DNA of 24,000 bases from an uncultured Acidimicrobiales bacterium (GCA_963806455.1 CAWDXZ010000007.1:151367-175366); one strand, 5' to 3'; positions 1-8,419 are shown, counted from the stretch's first letter. Made by a program: numbers and translations. Notes: generated by a model not told the origin, from the sequence alone.

Positions 1-31
1 GCGTCACGCCGGGGAGAAGCGGAGGAGTCCG

Positions 32-538
32 GTGGCCCCGGGACCACACGACAGCATCGACACGGTGACGGACGGGGCGGCGTCCCGCGCCCCGGGGGCG
101 CCCACCCCGGTCCCGGTGGTCAGGGTCGACCCCGGGCTGCCCCTGCCCGGGTATGCCCGAAGCGGTGATGCCGGGGCCGACCTGGTGGCCCGCACCGATG
201 CCATGCTCGCCCCCCGGGGCGGTCGGGCCATGGTCCCCACCGGTGTGTCGCTGGCCCTCCCCGAGGGGTATGCCGGCTTCGTGCAACCCAGGAGTGGATT
301 GGCCCTGCGCCACGGGGTCACCTGCCTCAACACACCCGGGCTCATCGACTCTGGCTATCGCGACGAGCTGGCCGTCCTGTTGGTCAACACCGATCCAGAG
401 CTGCCCTATGAGGTCCGGCGGGGCGATCGCATCGCCCAGCTGGTGATCCAGAAGGTGGAGCGGGCGGACTTCGTCGAGGTCGAGCGACTGCCGGCCAGCG
501 AACGTGGCCTCGGCGGCTTCGGGTCCACTGGTCGCTAG
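32..538 (+). CDS. dut: dUTP diphosphatase (dUTPase)
   Basis: 168-aa ORF. GTG at 32 follows GGAGGAG (21-27). The translation carries trimeric dUTPase motifs ([35 protein letters not shown]-terminal GGFGSTG) and resembles actinobacterial Dut along its whole length. No frame breaks. Confidence 0.93.
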   Translation: MAPGPHDSIDTVTDGAASRAPGAPTPVPVVRVDPGLPLPGYARSGDAGADLVARTDAMLAPRGGRAMVPTGVSLALPEGYAGFVQPRSGLALRHGVTCLNTPGLIDSGYRDELAVLLVNTDPELPYEVRRGDRIAQLVIQKVERADFVEVERLPASERGLGGFGSTGR

Positions 539-541
539 GAG

Positions 542-2080
542 GTGGAACGGCTGAGCGGACTGGACGGAGCCTTCCTGTCGTTCGAGTCCCCGACCATCCA
601 CCTCCACATCCTCGGTGCCCTGATCTTCGACCCGTCCGAGGTCGAAGGAGGAGTCGACTTCTGGCGGGTCCGCGACATGGTGGCCGACCGTCTGCACCTG
701 GTTCCGCCCTTCCGGAAGCGGATCGTGGAGGTGCCATTCGGGCTGCAACACCCTTCGATCGTCGACGATCCCGACTTCGACATCGACTACCACGTGCGCC
801 GGGTGGGCCTGCCCGCGCCCGGCGGCCTCGCCGAGCTGGCCGAGCTCGTGGCCGACATCGCCTCCCGCCCCCTCGACCGTCGGCGACCCTTGTGGGAGTT
901 CCACGTGGTCGACGGGCTGGCCCAGGGACGCCTGGCCCTGGTGCCCAAGGTGCACCACTCGATCATCGACGGGGTGTCCGGAGCGGAGATCCTCGCCGCG
1001 TTCTTCGACCTCTCGCCCGAGCCGGCGCCTCGCCGGCTGTTCGGCGGGGCGATGGGGTCCCGCCGGGCCGTTCGGACCCACCGGGGGACCCGGCCACCGG
1101 ACGAACCGGGACGGGCGGAGGCGGGGGAGACCGGCTTCGACCCGGGGTGGGCCGCCGATCCCCTGCCGGGCGAGATGGCAAGGTGGCGCGGGGTGTTGGC
1201 GTCGTTGCCCGCCCAGGCTGACGCACTGGTGCGCACGGCGTCGCGGACGGTGCAGGTAGCCCGAGGTCTCAGCCGGCACAATCGCGAGACGGCCCGCGAC
1301 GTACCCCCTTCGCCGTTCGAGGCGCCCGCCACTTCGATCAACCGGGCCATCTCGTCCCACCGGCGGGTGGCCTGGGCCGAATTGCCGATGAGCGATGTGC
1401 GGCGCATCCGGGAGATCCTCGGGGGGACGGCCAACGACGTGGTGCTCACCGTGGCCGCCGGCGCCATGCGCCGGTTCTTCGACGGCCGGGGAGAGGACCC
1501 GGGGAGCTCTCTGGTCGCGCTGGTGCCGGTCTCGGTCCGGTCCGAAACGGAGCGGGACGCGCTGGGGAATCGCCTGTCGGCCATGCTCGTCTCCCTTGCC
1601 ACGGGGGTGGCGGACGAAGCGGATCGCCTCCGGCACATCCAAGAGGACGTCCGATCGGCCAAGGAGCAGAGCCGTTTTCTCGGATCGGACGTGTTCGCCG
1701 GCTGGGCCCAGGCCGCGCTCCCCGCCGTGGCTTCGCGCATCACCAGGCTGGCGGCCAATCTGCGTCTGTTCGACCGCGTGCCTCCGGTGTTCAACCTCAT
1801 CGTCTCCAATGTGCCCGGCCCGGATTTCCCCCTCTATCTGGCCGGAGCCCGTCTGGTGTCGATGTACCCGCTCGGGCCGATCATCGAGGGTGCCGGGGTG
1901 AACATCACGGTCTTCTCCTACATGGACACCATGTACGTCGGGGTACAGGGCTGTTGGGACCTCGTCCCGGATATCGCCGCCATCGCTCAGGGGATGGCCG
2001 ACTCGCTCCGGGCGCTGGTCGCTGCCACCAACCGCCTGGCCCGGCCGGTGCCCTGGTGGCATGCGGAGTTGCCGGCTTGA
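542..2080 (+). CDS. wax ester synthase / diacylglycerol O-acyltransferase (WS/DGAT) family protein
   Basis: 512-aa ORF starting at GTG 542, directly after the dut stop (536-538) in the same frame. It has the HHSIIDGVSG (HHxxxDG) active-site motif, the N-terminal LSGLDGAFL and the C-terminal NVPGP...LYLAG motifs typical of WS/DGAT. No frame breaks. Confidence 0.88.
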   Translation: MERLSGLDGAFLSFESPTIHLHILGALIFDPSEVEGGVDFWRVRDMVADRLHLVPPFRKRIVEVPFGLQHPSIVDDPDFDIDYHVRRVGLPAPGGLAELAELVADIASRPLDRRRPLWEFHVVDGLAQGRLALVPKVHHSIIDGVSGAEILAAFFDLSPEPAPRRLFGGAMGSRRAVRTHRGTRPPDEPGRAEAGETGFDPGWAADPLPGEMARWRGVLASLPAQADALVRTASRTVQVARGLSRHNRETARDVPPSPFEAPATSINRAISSHRRVAWAELPMSDVRRIREILGGTANDVVLTVAAGAMRRFFDGRGEDPGSSLVALVPVSVRSETERDALGNRLSAMLVSLATGVADEADRLRHIQEDVRSAKEQSRFLGSDVFAGWAQAALPAVASRITRLAANLRLFDRVPPVFNLIVSNVPGPDFPLYLAGARLVSMYPLGPIIEGAGVNITVFSYMDTMYVGVQGCWDLVPDIAAIAQGMADSLRALVAATNRLARPVPWWHAELPA

Positions 2081-2210
2081 GGACGCACTCATGAGCACCG
2101 TACAGCTCTGGCCAGACCCGAAGACGCGCCCGGGCTTGGGGTCGAATGGCGGTGGATGACGACGCCGACCGGGGTCCGGCTGCGGCCGACTGCTAGGATG
2201 CTCGCTCTAC

Positions 2211-2283
2211 GCGGACGTGGCTCAGTTGGTAGAGCATCACCTTGCCAAGGTGAGGGTCGCGGGTTCGAGTCCCGTCGTCCGCT
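2211..2283 (+). tRNA. tRNA-Gly (anticodon GCC)
   Basis: 73-nt cloverleaf read by hand. Acceptor GCGGACG/CGTCCGC. D arm GCTCAGTTGGTAGAGC. Anticodon stem TCACC/GGTGA with loop TTGCCAA (GCC). T arm GCGGG-TTCGAGT-CCCGT. Discriminator T. CCA is not encoded. It marks the switch from housekeeping to accessory genes. Confidence 0.9.
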
Positions 2284-2681
2284 CTCGCCGAAGTCGCAGG
2301 TCATCGGCGGTTGTAGCGGTTGAAATCGGGCTGTGTCTGTCGGTCGTCTGATCCCGGTGTACCACATCCGCACCACATTTTTCTGCGATTTTTCGGCGAG
2401 CGGCCGTTGACCCTCACATTTTGCGTGTGATGCTCAACCGCTTGGTTTCCTAGCGACCAACACCGCCAGGCGTTCCAACATTCTTTGGTTTGCCCGAGCT
2501 GACAGTTGGCGCTCTGGGTGGCTTTGGTTCGTGGGGGCCGGGCTACCCGCTACGAGGGTGATCACGAGTTCGAAGTCGCTGGTCGGCCCTACGAGAAATT
2601 CTTAGTTCGGTCAGGCCCCAGCTGCGTCACATCTCTATGGGACCGCTTTCCGTCTAGCCGCGGCCCAGGAAGGAGGGCCAC

Positions 2682-2987
2682 GTGTCGAACGTGACCCCGT
2701 CAGAGATGCACCACCACGAGCACGCCGTTGAGGTAATCGTACGGAGCCCCGCCGGGACCCCGCACCCCTTCAGCTTCGGGTTCGACGAGCTTGGGGCGCA
2801 GGCCGCCGCCACGGCGATCGCCTACTTCGTGGGCAAGCACGAGATCGAGCCCGGGGACTACGCCCTCGAGCTCGTCCGTGACGGGGTTGCCACCCCGATC
2901 GCCGACACGGCACGGCTCAGCGACTACGACCTGCACAACGGTGACGAGCTGCGGCTCATCCCCGAGCAGCCCCAGGTCGACGGGTGA
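2682..2987 (+). CDS. ubiquitin-like (beta-grasp type) protein with free C-terminal Gly, BilA-like
   Basis: 101-aa ORF. GTG 2682 lies 5 nt after GGAGG (2672-2676). The protein ends ...LRLIPEQPQVDG-stop. Its stop overlaps the next start (GTGA, 2984-2987). It is the first gene of a Ubl-E2-JAB-E1 array. The fold assignment is inferred from size, terminal Gly and context, not from a search. Confidence 0.68.
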   Translation: MSNVTPSEMHHHEHAVEVIVRSPAGTPHPFSFGFDELGAQAAATAIAYFVGKHEIEPGDYALELVRDGVATPIADTARLSDYDLHNGDELRLIPEQPQVDG

Positions 2988-3400
2988 GCCTGCATCCGGC
3001 CCTACTGGTCGAGATGCTGGAAGAGGAGGTGTCGGTCGCCCGGGTTCGCCTGGGCGACCGCATCGCCGGGCTCGACATCGTCGGCACCGACATCATCTGC
3101 ACGCTGGAGGAGACCAGCGTGGGAACGGTATACCTGCGCTTCGCTGCGGCGGACTACGACGCGGAACCCATGAGCTTCGCCGTCGTCACCGAGAGCGGCG
3201 AGATCGCCGAGACAGCGAAGTGGCCAGGCCAGCTGTTCCACTCCATCCATCCCTCGCTCGAGCGCGCCATGGCGTGCGTCGCAGGGGACCTACGAGTATC
3301 ACAGCTTCCCGGGCACACGGCCGACCGCTGGGACGCCCATCGGCGCACGCTGCGCTTCCCCCATCTTCTGGACCACATCGTCACCAAGGCAGGCAAGTGA
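2984..3400 (+). CDS. E2-like ubiquitin-conjugating enzyme homologue (Prok-E2 / BilB-like)
   Basis: 138-aa ORF coupled to both neighbours. It contains FHSIHP(89-90)SLERAMAC(98)VAG. The HP-to-Cys spacing resembles the E2 HPN...Cys active site, with the Cys codon TGC at 3275-3277. It sits between the Ubl and JAB genes. Confidence 0.66.
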   Translation: MSLHPALLVEMLEEEVSVARVRLGDRIAGLDIVGTDIICTLEETSVGTVYLRFAAADYDAEPMSFAVVTESGEIAETAKWPGQLFHSIHPSLERAMACVAGDLRVSQLPGHTADRWDAHRRTLRFPHLLDHIVTKAGK

Positions 3401-3847
3401 TGCTCACCATCCCCATCGTCCATCCTCGTCGAGGCCCGTACGTTCTTCGAGGACCGCGGCGCGCTCGGGTGCGAAGGCACCGCCATGATCGCCGGCACCG
3501 ACGGCGTCGCCACCAAGCTCGTCATCCCCGAGCAGCACGCCAACCCCGTTCCCTATTGCTCGGTCGAGGTGACCCGGCAGGGCAAGAGCGAGCTCGCACT
3601 CGCCCTCGGCCCCGACGACCGCTACGTGGCGCGCATCCACAGCCACCCCGCCCTGGCCTTCCACAGCCCGACCGACGACGCCAACCCGGCCATCACCTAC
3701 CCCGGCGCACTGTCCATCGTCGTCCCCTTCTTCGGGCTCGGCCTTCGACGCGGTCTCGACGCCTGCGCCGTGCTAGTTCGCCGCGACCGGCGGTGGCTCG
3801 AGGTCCCCGCCGGCCCGGACCGCAACGACTTGGTGGTGGCACGGTGA
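3400..3847 (+). CDS. JAB/MPN (JAMM) isopeptidase, BilC-like; 5' end frame-disrupted
   Basis: ORF 3485-3847 carries the JAMM-like HSHPALAFHSPTDD, with H-x-H...S-x-x-D spacing one residue shorter than canonical. The same frame upstream reads ...ILVEARTFFEDRGALGCEGTAMIAG, which would supply the JAMM Glu, but has no canonical start. The coupled ATG at 3400 (TGATG with the E2 stop) is in another frame (MLTIPIV...). One +1 shift at about 3403-3425 is therefore needed. The stop overlaps the E1 start (GTGA 3844-3847). Confidence 0.72.
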
Positions 3848-5403
3848 GCGACCCGCGCCTTTCCTTCGGGCTCGGCGTCGTCATCGGCGCCGGCGACGCT
3901 GTTCTCGAAGCCCTCGACGGTCTCCGCCCAGTGATCCGGGTTGGAGTTGATGTCGACGCCCGTGCTGCGACGGCTGTGGCGGCGCTCTACTCGATGCTGC
4001 TCCGGCTCTTCCCCCACACCGTCCTCGAAGGCGACGCCACCCTCGGCGCCAATCCCTGGGGTGCGACCAGGCTCGGCGAACTCGTGGGCGTGCTCGCTGC
4101 GGCGCGGCCGACTCCGAGCCGGGGGCCCGACCGGGACTTCATCGTCGGCGTTGGCGCCGTCGTCGGTGGCGCCCAGCTGTGGATGGGTGGGGACGACTGG
4201 ACGGCGGACATCGGCCCGAGCCCCCGGGCCATCCGCGGCGGCCGGTTCGGCCTAGGTCTCCAGGCCGCGGCCGCCATGGTTGCGTCGGAGATCGCCAAGG
4301 TGGCGCTGGGTCCCCTCGGGATGCGCCACTACTCATCTCGGTGACGGCGTGGTCTGGAACCTGGCCGACTACCGCCGACGCCCGGCCCCCGACATGCCGC
4401 AGCACCGGACCGCTGCGCTGGACGTCGTGTTCTTCGGCACCGGCTCGGTGGGGTCGAGCGCGGCGGGAGTCCTCACGTGCATCGACGAACTGCACCGGGC
4501 ACGCAGTCCTCGTGGACGGCGACACCTTCGACCCGACGCGCAACACCTACCGCTACCCGACCTCCCTCGGCACGGAGACGGGACCAAAGGCCAGCTGGGT
4601 CAAGGACCTGCTCGTCGCCCGGGGCTGGACTGCCGACGATGTCGTCGGGTCGGCCTCGGACTGGGTGCGCTCGCAGCCCGCCCCGGGGTTCACCGGCATC
4701 GTCGTGTCCTCAGTGGACCGGCCCGACAGTCGCCTGCAGGTGGCCGACGCCATGGCAGCCACGACCCTGAGCGTTGGCGTCGACGGCCTGGCTCTGCACA
4801 TCCAGCGCGAGCACGTCTTCGACGACTTCGCCTGCCCCTACTGCGACTTCGTCTCCCTGGAGCCGCCCATGGGCCGGATCGACTCGTTGGCCGAGCTGCT
4901 CAAGCTCCCCCAGCCCCGAGTGGCACAGCTCCTGGTCGACGGCGACATGCTCACCGCGGCCAGACATCGCCATGGTGGTCGACGCCGGCAGGATCCGCGC
5001 CGAGCGCTCCGAAGAGCTGGTCGGCCGGCGCATCGAAGACCTCATCCGGCGGACGTACGCCGAGATCTCGGTACCCGACGTGGCCGGAGCTCCAACCGCG
5101 GTCAGCGCCGCATACGTCTCGTGGATGGGCGGCATCCTGGTCGCGGCCGAACTGACCAAGGCGGCCATTGGGCTGTCGATGGTGGACCGCCGCCTCGACC
5201 TGGATCTCTCGGGTATCCCGCTCGAGGGAGTTCGGCGTCGGCTTCGTGACACGAGCGGAAACTGCATCTGCGCTTCGCCGCAGCGGTGGCGTTGGGCGAC
5301 AAGACTGTACGGAGAGCGATGGAACTCGACGACCAACAGCGGGCGGGACTCGCGGCCGGAACCCCAGACTGGGCCGCCATCTACATCGGCTGCCGGACGG
5401 TGA
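3844..5403 (+). pseudogene. E1-like (ThiF/MoeB/UBA family) adenylating enzyme, BilD-like; three frame breaks
   Basis: The protein reads across frames 1>2>3>1, with breaks at about 4320-4345, 4490-4500 and 4960. The N-terminal roughly 165 aa is a degenerate Rossmann-like region. GTGSVG nucleotide loop lies at 4436-4453, then LVDGDTFDPTRNTYRY, CPYC (4833-4844), AVSAAYVSWMGGILVAAELTKA and CIC (5263-5271). The 3' end at 5403 is uncertain and overlaps the sigma gene start. Confidence 0.75.
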
Positions 5404-5932
5404 TGTGGCGGGCAGCCTGGCAGGTGCTCGGGCCCGATCACCACTCCACCTTGGGCACTTCCGCGGATGCGATCGTTCACGACACCATGGCGGAGCTGAT
5501 GGAGAAGTCCAACGAACGCGGCATCTCGGCCATCCCACCCGACGTGAAGAGCATCGATGCGTTCTTGTGGACGGCCACCCGGCGGCGCGCCCTGCCGCGT
5601 GGTCGAGCGCTCCCGACGCAAAGAGATGAAGCCGTTCCCCGAGCCCGGGGATCCGGGTGAACCTGCGGAGTTGAAGACGACCATCGAAGCATTTGAGGAC
5701 GCCCTGATCCTTGAGCAACTCGACTCCCATCTCCACAAGCTCACCGACAACGAGCGTCGAGCGTTCATCGGGTACTACAAGCAGGGCCGAACCTACGACG
5801 ACATCGGTGCTGAGCTCGGATGTCACTGACAGGGGGGCCTCCAAGCTGTGCGCGAGAGCCGTCCGTAAGCTGACCGCTGCGGCGGGCATCGAGGTGCACG
5901 AGGACCTGGAGGAGGAAGGAACAGATGGCTGA
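5286..5932 (+). pseudogene. sigma-70 family (ECF-like) RNA polymerase sigma factor; two frame breaks
   Basis: A region-2-like segment (...DAFLWTATRRRAL) in frame 3 continues as VVERSRRKE... in frame 1. This leads to the region-4 HTH LTDNERRAFIGYYKQGRTYDDIGAELG and then, in frame 2, VTDRGASKLCARAVRKL. Breaks lie at about 5585-5600 and 5818-5826. The start is either GTG 5286 or ATG 5319. The stop overlaps the next ATG (ATGGCTGA, 5925-5932). Confidence 0.62.
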
Positions 5933-6608
5933 CGACATCGTCGAAGGCCAGATCACAGAGCTCATCGAGTCCTACGTCGCCCACCTTGACGGAGCGGGAC
6001 CGGCACCTTCTCTCGACGGGCTCGATGCCGCCACTCAGCGTGAGGCCCGCAAAGCCTTTCGTGCCGTTGATGCCGCGTGGCGTAGCGACATCGAGATCCC
6101 TCCGCTTGAGGAGGATCCAGTCGCCCTCGCCTTGGGCTTCGTGCCCCGTCGCGACGCCGGAATCGTTCGTCGTCATCTCCGGCAAGTTGGTGAAGAGGGC
6201 GCGCCAGGGGCAGCGGGCTCAAGACGAGCGACGTTGCAAACCTCCTGAAGTCGGTGGGGCTGCCGGCCGCAGACCAGAAGTGGCTGGGCCGGCTCGAACG
6301 GGCACCCGTGCAAGAGGTCGCACTTGACGTCGCCACGGGACTCGCCAAGGTGCTGGGTGTCTCGCCCGACGCCATTCGCTGGCGCAGGACAAGGACGTCG
6401 GCCCATTCGCGGAGTGGCTGTATTCGGACGAGTTCGACGCAGCTGTTCGCCGCGTGGGTTGACGAACAAGCAGGTCGAGACGCTTCCCGTGGACCTCGCA
6501 CCCCGAGCACGGAGGGAGCTCCTCGCTGCGGCCCGCCGGAGCGACGGTGATGGAGGACCGGCCCTATGGGTGCAGATGCTCAGGTCCGTTCTCGACGAGT
6601 TGTCCTGA
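5925..6608 (+). pseudogene. XRE-family helix-turn-helix protein; about four frame breaks
   Basis: The HTH core reads ISGKLVKRAR..GSGLKTSDVANLLKSVGLPAADQKWLGRLERAPVQEVALDVATGLAKVLGVSPDAI. The full protein can only be read by switching frames 3>1>2>1>3 at about 6150-6170, 6208-6212, 6370-6376 and 6452-6458. It lies immediately upstream of an ImmA-type peptidase, the classic HTH/ImmA pairing. Confidence 0.55.
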
Positions 6609-6611
6609 GCC

Positions 6612-7654
6612 ATGCCCCGGTCTCTGCGCTCCGAGCCAACGAGCCCGAGGCGATGGGCTGATCGGCTGGTCGGTGCCCTCGACGCCGGGGTGCGTGATCG
6701 CCATCGCCAACGATCCGCGGCGCGCCATCGAGGAACACCTCGGTCTGCGGGTGGTCGAACAGGGGACCCTTGGCGAGCGCGGCAATGGCGGGTGGTGCGA
6801 TGGGCTGTCGATCCTCGACGAGGGCGTCATCTTCTTTGCCCCGACAGTGAACTCGAAGAGGGCGAACTTCACCCTCTGCCACGAAGTGGCGCACTACCTC
6901 GTCGAAGAGCACACGGACTCCGAGACGTTGGATTGGGTGGCAGATCAGGCGGATCCCGACCAGGTCATCGAGCACGTCTGCGACCTTGTCGCCTCCCGGC
7001 TATTGGTGCCCGACGCCATGGTTGCCGCCGTTCTCGAAGACGTCGGCCCCGGCGGCCCGGCGGTGGCCGAGCTGTTCGCCCAATCCGAGGCGTCCCGTGA
7101 AGTATGCGCGATCGCTCTGGCCGATCGACTGGGTTGCGATGGCTTCATCGCACTGATCAACCGGGACGAGGATGTCGTCACATTCGCCTCGCGTGCCCAC
7201 GAGGGCCGGCCCTATCCACCGCGCCGGGCTGCTGTGCCGTCAGGGCATCCGCTGCTGCGACTCTCAGATCGGCGAGTCGGCCACGGCCGAGGCGTGGTGG
7301 CCCTGGCCGGACGGTTCCCTACAGCCCTTCTACCAGAGCGCGCTGCGTGACGGTCGTTGGGTCTATGCCGTCCTCGCCGCCCACGACCTGTGGCAGGTGA
7401 CGCAGTTTCATCCCGCTCCCGCAGAGCGACCCACGGTGACGGTGCCGGAGGGAAGGCTTACATGTCCTTGTGGATACAGGGGCGCAGCCCGGGGGTTCCC
7501 GTGTTCGACCTGTCACAAGATCACATGTCCGGAGTGCCACGAGTGCGACTGCGACCGCAAGGAGCGCATCGCCCGGAAGCCGTGCAAGCGATGCACTGTG
7601 AGCGTCCCCGTGGCCCAGCTTGACGAGGACGGGTACTGCACGGGGTGCCAATAA
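6612..7654 (+). pseudogene. ImmA/IrrE-family (DUF955) zinc metallopeptidase with C-terminal Cys-rich zinc-ribbon-like domain; two frame breaks
   Basis: HEXXH motif in FTLCHEVAHYLVEEH. ATG 6612 lies 3 nt after the HTH gene stop. Frame 3>1 at about 6683-6690 (a GGGG run) and frame 1>2 somewhere in 7200-7265. The last 65 aa (7457-7654) contain 12 Cys arranged as six C-x(1-2)-C pairs. Confidence 0.7.
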
Positions 7655-8419
7655 CGCATCAAGGCGGACTGCTCTACTTGCGCAACGGATGGCACAGTCG
7701 ATCAAGTTGAGCTTGGGTGTAGAAAGCTGTCCCAATGAATCGATTTCAGGGGTCACAGTGTGGTGCATGATCCGGCCAAGGACCCGTCGGTCGCGGTGCG
7801 ATCCGCGATCGGAAGCAACTGAAGCATGGACTATCTTCGCCATGGCCTCTGCCGGTTCCGTCGGCTCGTACTCGGGGTATACCAGACCTTGGAGCACGTC
7901 TAGTGCCCGGATGTCGATTCCCTTTTCGATGATCGGGATGATAGGAACCCGTGGTCCTTCGCTATGCCGATCTCACGTACACCAAGTTCGTGCTCGTCGA
8001 CGTGATGAGCACGACAAACGCCTTACTCCGGTAAGTCGCCGCTCGGGCCTTTTCGGCGAGGAGCACTCCAGGCTGGGGGTTCCTTGGCGAGGTAGACGGT
8101 GATGCCAAGCACCTCAATCTGACGGGCTACCAGCTAGATGTGAGGCTTGTCGGTAGTTGAATGGCTGAAAATGCCTCGAGATGTGGCACGAGCGGCACCT
8201 GGCCCGGAGTGTTGCTGAACGTCAGCGGGGGCCACTTCTCAGGGGGCGTGACCAAGTGTGCGCGGTCATCGTTCAATTGTACGAGAAGGGTGTGCCGTGA
8301 GGCCGCTCAACGGTTTCGAGTGCCTTACGATCATTTTCGGCGCCCCTGTTGGTTCGAGAATTCCATCCGGAGCGACGACCACCCACCTTCTAGTGGAATG
8401 AACGAGCGACGGCTGACAG

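Noticed and set aside
580-590. 11-nt match (GTTCGAGTCCC) to the T-arm of tRNA-Gly, considered as a possible att remnant
   Set aside because: It lies inside the intact WS/DGAT coding sequence on the chromosomal side of the tRNA. The match is too short and does not extend. I treat it as chance.
787-1809. 340-aa ORF antisense to the WS/DGAT gene
   Set aside because: It is Arg/Ser/Ala-rich with no motifs. It is fully contained in, and antisense to, a gene with clear family motifs, so it is a high-GC antisense artefact. The same reasoning applies to 4710-5768(-), 4951-5889(-), 9500-10327(+), 11332-12135(+), 11376-12227(+) and 12351-12826(+).
2194-2199. TAGGAT -10-like hexamer 11 nt upstream of tRNA-Gly
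   Set aside because: It fits TANNNT, but I could identify no -35 element and such hexamers are frequent. This is not enough support to list it as a promoter feature.
2284-2400. Imperfect inverted repeat directly 3' of the tRNA: CTCGCCGAAGTCGC (2284-2297) versus GCGATTTTTCGGCGAG (2385-2400)
   Set aside because: Only a 9-bp core is perfect (CTCGCCGAA/TTCGGCGAG) and the loop is about 90 nt. It is too weak to call a terminator or an att core. It may be worth a look if the island boundary is mapped.
2506-2694. 62-aa ORF upstream of the Ubl gene
   Set aside because: It has no SD and no motifs. It lies in the AT-richer leader region and overlaps the strong SD and start of the Ubl gene. It is most likely non-coding promoter or leader sequence.
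2791-4344. 517-aa ORF on the + strand, the longest in the track for this region
   Set aside because: The product is an Arg/Pro/Gly-rich low-complexity translation. It runs out of frame across the well-supported Ubl, E2 and JAB genes, a typical high-GC shadow ORF. Only its last roughly 167 codons, from the coupled GTG at 3844, are real. They form the N-terminal part of the E1-like gene.
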